Assembly (NCBI GenBank): GCA_018398765.1
Contig: JAHBMJ010000016.1
Span: 1-60,477, forward strand
Origin: Chromera velia
Lineage: Eukaryota
Direction: 5' to 3'
DNA length: 60,477 bases
Part shown: positions 50,600-60,477 of the stretch, one piece after another
How positions within the stretch are numbered: the first letter of the stretch is position 1
How the letters are laid out: each line of letters starts with the position of its first letter
Translations under genes and position numbers: made by a program
Notes under the pieces: generated by a model
The model's input: the letters and a program-made list of their open reading frames with translations, nothing else
Database searches by the model: none
Told to the model about the DNA's origin: nothing

Positions 50600-53500
50600 T
50601 GAGCCTCCCTGGTTGACTCCCTCCCACCTTTTTTCTTCTCCAAATGCCCGAATCCCTCCGTCACCGCTCCCTTCTCCCAGAGGCCCATCAGTCCCCTCCG
50701 CAATGACGGACAGAAACGGCGGCAAAGAGTGGAACGCCCGATGGACCTCACAGACAGCACCGTGAGCCTGCACGAAAGCCGGGGCAAGACAGGGCAGGAG
50801 GGGGGGCGCATCGAGAATGCATCCGGGAAAGATATGAATGAGAGATACGTGCAAAGAATGACGACAGAAAGTGTGAGAAGGCAAAAGAAGCAGGAGAGCC
50901 GAGTTGAGAGGAAGATAAGGAGAAACAAACGTAGCCAAACAACACAAAAAACACCTTCTGCGACGGACCGACCAGATCTTTCCAAAGATGCCACACACCG
51001 ATGCCTTCTGCACTTCCACTTGAGATTTTCATCCCCTCTCTCCTCTTCGCTCTCTCCCTCCACGTTCCCCCCTCTGGAGGACCAAGACTTCTGCAGGATG
51101 AGAGACCCCCAGAGGAAGACAAATTCGCAGAGGTCATCTGGAACTGGACTTCGGCTGCGGACTCCTCCTCCAAATTCCTCTCCGAACAAGAGGAGTGTGC
51201 TGCAGCCGCTGAGGTCCTCACGAGCGCACCGGCACATGCAATGAGAAGCAGAAAAGACTGATACGGCGTGTCTCGTGCCCCCCTCCCCGTTCCTTCTTGC
51301 GCACTGCCCGCCACTCCTTCAGACTCTGTCTGTCTGCGTTTCCGTTTTCGACTTCCATCCCGTTGATCCCCGAAGTCTTCTAGGGTCCCGATCTGGGGAA
51401 GCTCTGCGCCCACCGCTCCCAGCTGCCTCACCGTCATCAACAGGGCCGATAGAAAGAAGGACAGGTCGACTCTGCGAGCAGCACAAACAAAGCAAGAAAG
51501 AAAAAGGCGTGACAGAGAAGTCAACGTGAACCTATCGATAGTGCTCCTGCGATGATGCACCAAACACAAAATCATTGATCACTGCGCTGATGAGAATCGA
51601 CCTGTTCTCTCTGCAAAAAGGACAACAGACGCAAAAACAAGAGCCGGGACTATGTGTGGGTAAAATGAGTCCAGAGGGAGAAGTGACCAACCTCATATGC
51701 AGATAGAGGAGACTGGGGTGGAAATATTCGATCGCCTCCCTTTTGGACATTTCACCTGCCGCCGGTCCCTTTGCTTCTTCCTGGGTCTCCATAACTTTTT
51801 TGAACAGGCCAACCAAGGCACCCCCAAATCCCTTTTCAGAAGTCCACACCGGGCCACCTGCACCCTCCCTGTCTGGGTCTGGACAGAGCAACAGACCCAG
51901 AACCAGACCGAGGAAAGATCGACCAGACCCACGAACTCCCTCCGCACACCCGAAAGACAAAAGAGCTCCCACACAAGCAAGCCACAGGGAGCAGCATCGC
52001 ATCAACCCAGTTCTTTTCTCTTCCACTGAATTCCCTTGCGTTCTCTTCAACACATCATGCCAACCGCTTCCCAAGGCCCTTCCGAGAGCTTTGCGGACCC
52101 GAAAGAGTGTCCGCACAAGGAGGAAACCCTCCCTTCTTCTTCCCAGCCATAAACCACTAGATCTCCTTCTTCGCAGTTTCCCACCGAAACAAAGACCTGC
52201 TGCCCCCTCAATCCCACCCGACACATCATTCAAAGACGCGGGTGCCAGTAAGCCAGCCCCCGCTGCTCCTCTAACAAGAATAAGTCTACAGAGCTGCAAA
52301 GACTCAAGAAGTGCCTCTACACCCTCACCTCCACCCTCTCCCTCCACAACCAAACGGCCCCCTTCCTGTACCCCCGAGACCCCCTGAAGAAGGCATGATG
52401 ACAGGGCACTCAGAATGCGGTGGGGCTTTCCACCTGACCTCCTCTCCCCATGATGCTCCACCTCCATTTCTGTAGAAGCAAGCGCATGAACGTCAAAATA
52501 AATCCCGACTAGTCGAGAGGCAAGGGAAGCACCCCACAGACGCGCAGATCCCTCCCACTCAGTCAAGATCTCAACCAACGACAAATCCTGATGATCTCTC
52601 TCCCCCCCTTCCCTCTCTGACAACGGAATGTCTGACAGACGTCCGAGACCCGACATCTCCCCATCTCCCAACAACCAGCGACTGCATGGGCCTCCAGGGA
52701 AGAGGGAGGAAAGATCAGAGACGGCAGACCCCACAGACGACACAATGTTGTTGCACTCTCCACCTTCTCCACACTCCACTACTCTGCTCAACTCGTCCCA
52801 TTGAGGCTTCGAACTCCAGAAGACCCGGAATGCGCACGCAGGCGCAGGGCTTTTAGAGAGACGGCCGGTCTGCCAGCCCCAGGAGGGGAGGGGGAGAGCG
52901 ACCAGGGAGGGCGTGGAGACGGCCTCTGCTAGGAGGGGGGAAACAATAGCAGGAGAGGAGACGGAAGTAATTCGTCGAAGTAGAGAGGGGGCTGGAAGGG
53001 GCACATCCTCAAAAGTAGCAGCATCTCTGGACTCTGTGTCTGCTCCCATTCTGCGGCCAGATGGAGTGGCACTTCCATCTGTGAGGCGTGCAGAACGTGA
53101 CAACGTTCCGTCGTCTCCACGTCTCTCCAATGCCTCTACGTCTGTGGCCTCTTTCTTGCCACATGAAAGGGATGACTCCAGCAGGAAAGAAAGAAGAAAC
53201 GGAACGGGAAGACACTCCTCTGTCAACTTCCAGTCACTCTGCATGCCCCCACTACCGCTCTCTATCCTACTTCCCTTCTCTTCTTGCCCAAGCTCCAAAG
53301 AAGAGGGTCGGGTGACTGCGTGATGCACAACGGCGTCGATGCAGAGAAGGAGGGAGACGGACGCCGAGAGCCTTGACGCCTCCTGAAACCGCGTCAGAAC
53401 GGTCTTTCGAGTGCGGGAACTTTCAACCCGACCCGTAGACGCACCACCGGCAGCGTGCCCTGCCGTCTCATACTCCACGCCTCTCATATGTCCTCCTCGA

Positions 53501-55952
53501 GTGCGCTGAGACCGATGGTAACCCCTCCCCCCATCTTCCTTCTCTCCCTCCGGATCTTCCCCTCTGTCCTCTGATTCAGAGGAACCCTCAGAAGACACAG
53601 ACACGGGGGTGAGAAGGTACCGACTGCCCTCCTTGTCCCCTCTGGAGCCGCCCCTCCCCCCATTTGGTCCTCGAGAAGGGTGAACGAGACCCCCCCCCCT
53701 CGGTTCTCTTTCAAATGCCGCAAGATCTCCTTCCTCGTCCTCCTCCTCCTCCCCTAACGGGACAGCAGGGGGGCGCATCGACTCTGCATGAGGCTGCTGC
53801 TGCTGCCATTGGGAGTCTCCGAACATTCCCCCGACTCTACCTTGTGCCCCTCCCCTCTCTCTCTCCCTCCATGTCCTCGAGGACACCCCCCCTGCACCAC
53901 GAGGGGAGTCGGGAGAACCTCGGAGGAGACCCCGACGGACCTGAGGGGAGGGAAACCGAGGGAAGAAATGGAGAGAGGGAGATGGAAGGCAGCTATTGTG
54001 GGAGTACATCCGCTTTTTTCAAAGTGACTGAATGATTGAAAAACGGACGTAGCAGACCTCTCATAGTCTCAAAGGAGAACTACAGAAGGAAGAGAGATGA
54101 TCAAACTAAGCAGACTGAATGTTCGCAAGACAAGGTTGACCCGATGTCCATCCAACCATGTAGGCACCCACCCACCTGGGTCTCTCTTCGAAGCACCACA
54201 ATCGCAGCTGCATCGCCGAGAAGAAGCCCCTGCCCGATGGCTCGTGCAACCTCACCGATGAAGCGGGAGGTCACGTCAGATCTTTCCTTCTGAGCAGATG
54301 CTTGGCTTTCTGGACCGTCTGCAGCTCCCTCTCCAACCCCTTGAGACGATTCAACCTCCCCTTCAGCCCCCCCCCTTGAGTTCTGCTGACGGTTTTGCGG
54401 ATTCTTCAAAGCGGGCGATGACACCGGAAGCTTCAGGCGAGGGACCGTCGCAGGAAGAGACGGGCTTGCGATTGCCTGCTTGCCGGGTTCTCCTCTTTTG
54501 TTTTGGTGTCTGCTTCTCTCAACACCCCCCCTGGGCGAAGTCTCACCATTGGCCCCTAAACCCCGATGACCTGACCTCGGGTGCCCTGGCGGCAGAAAAA
54601 GAGACTCAGCAGAGGTGACCAGATGGCCATGCCCCACGCTGCCCTGTTTCGTCTGTTGCAGAGACTGAACATTCGCTTGCGTCCGTGACTCTCGAGCAGT
54701 ACTGGCGACTGCTGTTGCAAAGGCCCGCATACAAACCGAAGTGCCGACTGAACACGAGAAAGAACGAAGAGCCGGAGAGACTCTGCAATCGAATACATCC
54801 ACACACAACAGGGAGAAGAGGAGGCGGGTACAGGAGGGAGAGAGGCGACCGTGCACAATGAATGATACCATCGGCATGCACGAATTGAGAAACCAGCACG
54901 AACAAGCTGGCATGCTGGTGCCATTTCAGATGTGCTTCTGACTCTCCAATTCCTCATACCAACAGAAAAGGGGGATGAAAGAGTAGACAAGACACAAACC
55001 TAGAGTGAGTGAGAACACGGGGTCAGTACCAAGGCTGCCTGCATACCTGAAGGTGGTGAGGAAGGCGACTGCCAAGCGTGCCTTCGTTGCTTCGCCGTCT
55101 GCAGAGCGGAGTCTGCTCAGGAATGTCGCAAGCACAACTCCGGGCCTGCAGGTGCAAAACCATGAGCATGTCTTTCTTTCGTTCGTTCGTTCGTTCTTTC
55201 TTTCTTTCTTTCTTGCTTTCTCTCTCTCTCTCTCTCTCTCTCAAGTTGGATGGAGGTGTAGAGAGAGGAAAGCAGAATGGGACTAGAGCTTGAAAGACAG
55301 AGGAAACGTGGGGGTGCAGTGCCACGAGCAAAGGAAGGATGCAGCGAACAAAGAACGTGGAGAAGCTCTTCGAAAAGCACGGGGATGGCTCTAAGGAGTA
55401 GTAGGACGAGGGCATGAGGGAGGCAAGTTGAGTCAGCGACTTGAGAGGGGCGTTCACTGACCAGCACAGCCAGGCGGCAGGGCTCTCTCCATCTTCCTGA
55501 TCTGTGTCTGTACCGAATGAGGTCACACTCTCTCCGAAGAGCCGTCTCCTTGTTTCTGTCTTTTCGGGCGCTCTCTGCCCGGCTATGCGTGCGAGCAGTA
55601 AGCATGCAAGCAGGTCCTCCTCCTCGAGCCCCAACTGAATATTCGGGAGCACATCTGTAGAGCGTCCCGTCGGTCTGCTCGTCTCTGTGACACTGTGCCG
55701 AAGAAGAATGCTCACCAGTAGTTGCACAAGAGTGACTAGAGCGGATGGGGCCTCTTCGGAAAGACCGGGTGCTACCCCGCGGGATGAAGTCGGAGAAGCC
55801 CCGAACCACTTTCCTCCGCCCTCGCAAGCCCTGTACAGGTGAAGCCGCAGTTGCTCCTTGCAGCGTGCCTCTGTCGCTCCATCCCGGCTGCCGCAAAGGA
55901 AAGAAGTAAGCGCGCCTTCGAGAGACTCTACCAGCTGGAGCACCAAAGCCAT
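50600..55952 (-). CDS. Probable upstream exons of the kinase gene, or a separate multi-exon hypothetical gene
   Basis: Long same-strand coding-like blocks (~55952-55285, ~55148-55030, ~54655-54178, ~53940-51690, ~51420-51000) with pyrimidine-rich cag acceptors. Splicing to 49464 is not resolved. Confidence 0.55.
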
Positions 55953-56596
55953 GTTTGTTTTTCACTGCCACGCCCGCCTTCTTCGCTGAACACTCGCGAG
56001 GCTTCCAGGCAACACCGTGGAATCCAACTTCAAACAACCCCCCTCAGAGAAGAATGCGCACAGTGTTCTGGTGTCAATGTGCTGTTTGAGTTTGCTGCTT
56101 TCCGGGCCTCTTGTGTTTCATGGAAGGCAAATCGTAGAGGGACGAGGGAGCGTCTTTTCGCGTGTGTTGTGCATGGATTTACCGTGAGTGTAGATCGAAT
56201 CTTTCTTCCTCCTCTCGATCCTCCCATGGACACAAGAAAGAAGTTCATTGTGCACGTTCCACGTTATTCATACACGGCTGCGCTTATTGAGTTCAGCTGC
56301 ACACTTTGTATGATATATACGCACAGTGGATTCATAGAGTCTGAGTGGACGAACCCCGGTCGTCAGGATCAACGAGGATTCGAATCATTCGAAAACTTGT
56401 CGATAGGGCAATTCGATGGCAATTCGATCATTAATTAAACGAGGGTTCGATCATTAATTAATTGCATGCAACTCGCCGCACCCGGCCGTCTCCAGGCACT
56501 TCACCCCATGCATGCATCCTCACCATGTCTGTGGATGCAGCCCGCCTGCGTCGAATGTCCAATTATGCTGCCCCTGTCCAATTATGCAGGGGCAGC

Positions 56597-57148
56597 AGTA
56601 CCAGGCCATCTGCAAAGAGCTAGGCCTCGAATTTGTCCCGCTGGTGTTTGAAACGTATGGAAGGCCGGGGAAGAGGACGGTGGAGTTTTTGATAACTGTA
56701 GCAAATCATGCAGTAAGCAGAGTGAGGGGGGGTGAAGACTTTGCAGCGGTCCAGGGCAGACTGATGCAACAGTACTTCAAAATTCTGTTGTACACCTTGC
56801 AGAGATTTGTGGCAGCAAACGTACTTTCTTCCATTCACTCACGGAGAGGGAGAAGGGGTCCTTTCCAAGCGGAGCCATTGCTGGCTCGCGACGTGGCAGC
56901 GTTCTCTATCTCCGCGCAGGGGGCAGGGGGCGCCAACGGCGAGTGAAAGACAGGGTGAAGTGAAGACCAAGCTGATTGAATGGATGAAGAACGACGGAGA
57001 AGCGTAAAAAAGTAAAGGGTTGGAGAAAGAAAGTCGTTTGTTGAAAAGTCGTTGCTTAAGAGTGAGTTAAATGATTCCGGGTCAATTTCAGGCCGGCAGG
57101 GGCGACTGAAGTTGATGTAAAAGAGAAACCAGGAAAAAAAAAAAAAAA
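56597..57148 (+). mobile_element. 5'-truncated non-LTR retrotransposon: C-terminus of a restriction-like endonuclease domain (CRE/R2-type), 3' UTR and A-tail
   Basis: YQAICKELGLEFVPLVFETYGRPGKRTVEFL...TLQRFVAANVL matches the FxPxxxETxG...LQR motif. Stop at 56946; A-run at 57134-57148. Confidence 0.7.
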
Positions 57149-57357
57149 TGCGATAGAGAGGCAGGCAGAGTCAAAAACTAAGGGTGGATAGATTAGGGTA
57201 GATTAGGAAGAAACTGGCCTAGGCACGATACCCAATACCATACGAACTAACGGCTGGTATGCTGGGACATACTATGCATCCACAAACCCTCGTTTCTATC
57301 TTCACCCCTGCATGACTGTGTGGGCCTGACATGGGCTGCAGGCCACGTTTTGAATCA

Positions 57358-57630
57358 TGATTGAGGTTTTTGTTATGCATGCCACGTCCCCGTGTATGAG
57401 GGGCGGATCTAGCCTAGTCTGTCAAAAGGTTCCGGTTCGTCCCGTCTGTTCTGAATCTAGGAACACTGCTTATTGATCACTTTTACTGCGGCTGATGATT
57501 GAGGTTTTTGTTATGCATGCCGCATCCCCGTATATGAGGGGCGGATCTAGCCTAGTCTGTCAAAAGGTTCCGGTTCGTCCCGTCTATTCTAAATCTAGGA
57601 ACACTGCTCATTAATCACTTTTACTGCGGC
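57358..57630. repeat. Tandem duplication of a ~135 bp unit (period 138)
   Basis: TGATTGAGGTTTTTGTTATGCATGCC...CACTTTTACTGCGGC at 57358 and 57496. Confidence 0.9.
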
Positions 57631-58412
57631 TTATTTCTCAAGCGGCGGTAGAGTAGAACTTGGAGAACAACGAAAAGAGTGGAGAGGCAGGGCAAAAACT
57701 TTCTAAAAGTTTGTCCCCTTGGTAAAGGTTACCCTTTGACGGCAGAGAATAACTTCAAAGAGACCCCCCCCATTAATTTGCCCCTCATTTTCTCAACCTT
57801 TTTTTCTTCTTTTCCTTTCATGCGCTTGCTCCCCCTTTTTTTTCCCCCTTCTTGTTTGTATACAAAGAATCAATTACAAAAGGATCGCTTAGTTTGCGCC
57901 CTCCGAGTCGAAAGACCTGGAGAACGCTGCGACCTCCCTACCGAGAAGGCACTCAGGCTGGAAGGGCCCTCGCGGTAGAGTAGCACGTTTTGAATCCCAT
58001 GCATTCGTGCATCCAGCGATTTTCGTCGCGGCGCAGAAGCATGCATGCAGGGGGGTGCATGATCCATGCACCGCGGCCCGGCCCACGGGGGGTCTAAGTC
58101 TAAGTACGCCATAAGTACGCCGTCTCCTATATCCTCAACTGTGTTTCCGACTGAGCTGTAGCAGGGCCAACATGGGCCAACCAAACGGCAAGCACTGTGG
58201 TCCGAACAGTAGTCTTGGCTGCCAGCCCACTCCTTCTTCTGATTGTCCAAGTGACCTGTCCAAATCTCATACGGGTCTATGCATGTGCTGATGCAATGAG
58301 TATTCATGTGCCTCAAGGCTGGACATAGCCGGTTGAACGAGACGTGCAGCTACTGTCGATCTGACGGTTATGGATAGAGTTTGAAAGTCTAGCTGTCAAG
58401 GCATAGCACTCA

Positions 58413-60005
58413 ATGGGTGCTAAGGAGGTCCTCGTGGCAGTCGGTGCGGCCCTTGGGCTCGCTGGGGTCGCTTATGGGTACCGGCAACTACAGAAGAAAC
58501 GGAAGGGGAGGAAGGCACTCCCCAAAATAAGTGTCGGCCTCTATGAGGTCACGAAGAACTTCACGGGCCCCCAAATGCCCCAGTATCTTTTGCATCTCTC
58601 CCGTACACAGCCGACTGTGGCAGTGCTGCCCTTCCCCAGCTGGAACAGCACCGTCCTCTGCAGCGACCCACAGGCAGCAAGGGTGATCTTTGCCAAGTGT
58701 GGAAAGTCCAGGCGGTTCTACGGGGTGCTTGACCGCTTCATGCAAGGAAGCAGCCTTTTTACAGACCCTCGTCCAAAGCCAACGCAGAGAAAGGACCTGC
58801 TCCGAGCCTTCGACTCTCAGAGCATCGAGCACTTCCAGAACGTCTCCGCCTCCCTCTCCAGGGAGTGGCTTGCAACCCGCTCAGGGGTCGATCAAGACTT
58901 CGATCTCTGTCAGGACATGTTGGTCTTGTCTCTGCGGACGGTTTTGAAGGCAGGGTTTGACAATGACATGTCGGTGGCAGAGGCTGAGACCTTGCTCGAA
59001 CAATCCCATCAGGTTATGGACGAGGCCCTCCGTCAGGCGTACAACCCGATCCGCTACCTGCTCTGTCGAATGAAGATCCTTGTGGACAACGCCCGAGTGG
59101 ACAGGGAGGCAGGGAAGGCTTTGGCAGTTGTAGAGGCTATGATCGAAGAGTGCAGAAAAAAATGCGACCAAGAGAATGCTCGTCAGCAAGCGCCTGTAGC
59201 TGCAGCGCTTTTCACCAGCAAGGCGTACGAAGGAAGAGACGAGAAAGCCCGTCTCCGTGATGCCGTTATTGTCCTTCTTGCGGCTCACGACACCACGGCA
59301 TTTCAAGTCTGTTGGTGTGTGAACGACTTGGCGCAACACCCCGAGATCCAGAATGAACTCCGCAAACAGCTCCGGTCCTGTGACGAATCCAGGTGGACTG
59401 CAGAGGTTCCTCTCCTCAACGCAGTTGTGAAAGAGTCGCAGCGTCTGCACTCTGTTGCGGTGGCAGTTTTCAGAGAAGCTCTGGAAGACCTCGAGCTTCT
59501 CTCCGGCCATGTGGTCGAATCAGGCTCTACCGTCATTCTCGACCTTTTCTCCTCCCTCCGAAACCCCCAATATTTCGAGAAACCCGATGAGTACGTCCCT
59601 CACAGATGGATGGGGTCAGCAGAAGAAACTCGAAAGCTCAACGCCGCCTTCATTCCCTTCACGACAGGTTTGCGCTCCTGTATCGGTCAGTCTCTTGCAG
59701 CCGTGCAGCTCCGCAGCTTGATCGGGTGTCTGGTCAGAGACTTCACGATCGAGAGGACGCGAGAACCCGTTCCCAGACACTCCCTCACTCTGGAACCCCG
59801 CGGGCTTCGAATCAAACTGAACCCGGTAGCACAAAACAAAGACTCCCCGTCGCACTCTCTCTCCCTTTCTGAGTGCGAGGGAAGAGGTCGGAGAGGTACC
59901 GAAGCCCCCAACATCGCTTCACGAACAGTCACTCGTCCGGGGTCTCTGAGTCCCTCAGGCAGTTGCAGGAGTGCAGTGGGGGGTCGGTGGGTGGATCAGG
60001 ACTGA
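58413..60005 (+). CDS. Cytochrome P450, single exon, 530 aa
   Basis: N-terminal membrane anchor followed by a basic stretch. I-helix AAHDTT, K-helix ESQR, PHRW, and heme motif FTTGLRSCIG. Confidence 0.95.
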   Translation: MGAKEVLVAVGAALGLAGVAYGYRQLQKKRKGRKALPKISVGLYEVTKNFTGPQMPQYLLHLSRTQPTVAVLPFPSWNSTVLCSDPQAARVIFAKCGKSRRFYGVLDRFMQGSSLFTDPRPKPTQRKDLLRAFDSQSIEHFQNVSASLSREWLATRSGVDQDFDLCQDMLVLSLRTVLKAGFDNDMSVAEAETLLEQSHQVMDEALRQAYNPIRYLLCRMKILVDNARVDREAGKALAVVEAMIEECRKKCDQENARQQAPVAAALFTSKAYEGRDEKARLRDAVIVLLAAHDTTAFQVCWCVNDLAQHPEIQNELRKQLRSCDESRWTAEVPLLNAVVKESQRLHSVAVAVFREALEDLELLSGHVVESGSTVILDLFSSLRNPQYFEKPDEYVPHRWMGSAEETRKLNAAFIPFTTGLRSCIGQSLAAVQLRSLIGCLVRDFTIERTREPVPRHSLTLEPRGLRIKLNPVAQNKDSPSHSLSLSECEGRGRRGTEAPNIASRTVTRPGSLSPSGSCRSAVGGRWVDQD

Positions 60006-60174
60006 CCAATGGGAGCTCGACTTAGTCAGAGATTCAAGTCAGTCACTGACAGGCGTGCACGCCTAGGCAGCAGAGTGCATTAGCGAACAGGTGTTCATGA
60101 TTGGAATGGGTCATTTTCCCTCTTTCCTTCTTTGAAGCTCGATGTGTAACCAAAAAAGACAGCAGCACTCACAG

Positions 60175-60205
<31 letters not shown>

Positions 60206-60477
60206 GAGAGAGAGAGAGGAGTACATGAGTCTTGCACGAGTCGATATTAGTAACAAATGTAGCGTTATCAGACAGGATGTTCACACATACGCACACGAGA
60301 GCAAACTCGCTTTGAATCTAATTCACTGTCTGATTGTTTGCGACGCGATGGAAACATCAATTTCATTTTCACAACCTGAGCGCAACCTCTCCCTCCAAGA
60401 ATCCCCCGCCTGCCCACATTTTTCGGACGCTTTCTTCGTGTCTCTCTCTGTTCTCTCTCTCTCTCTCTCTCCCCCCC

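Noticed and set aside
57358..57630. Possible CRISPR-like array
   Set aside because: Only two long near-identical units, no unique spacers and no cas genes; eukaryotic context.

Overview
Eukaryotic, intron- and microsatellite-rich genomic scaffold with three single-N joins (310, 4433, 21154). The repeat style and gene content suggest an alveolate such as a chromerid; this is inference only. Host genes: a complete 15-exon mitochondrial processing peptidase beta subunit (7324-15147), the 5' end of an ammonium transporter cut by an N join (20753-21099), a PPPDE/DeSI peptidase, a divergent pair of small secreted Cys-rich proteins, a very large multi-exon Ser/Thr kinase gene on the minus strand, and an intronless cytochrome P450. 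Mobile DNA: two copies of a Merlin/IS1595-like DDE transposon, a full-length decayed Ty3/Gypsy chromovirus with CG...CG LTR ends, and a 5'-truncated RLE-type non-LTR retrotransposon. The most notable observation is that each Merlin-like copy carries, inside its terminal inverted repeats, a convergent HNH endonuclease gene. In-frame stops hide its full extent from the ORF track. All calls are by-eye motif recognition; no database searches were run.
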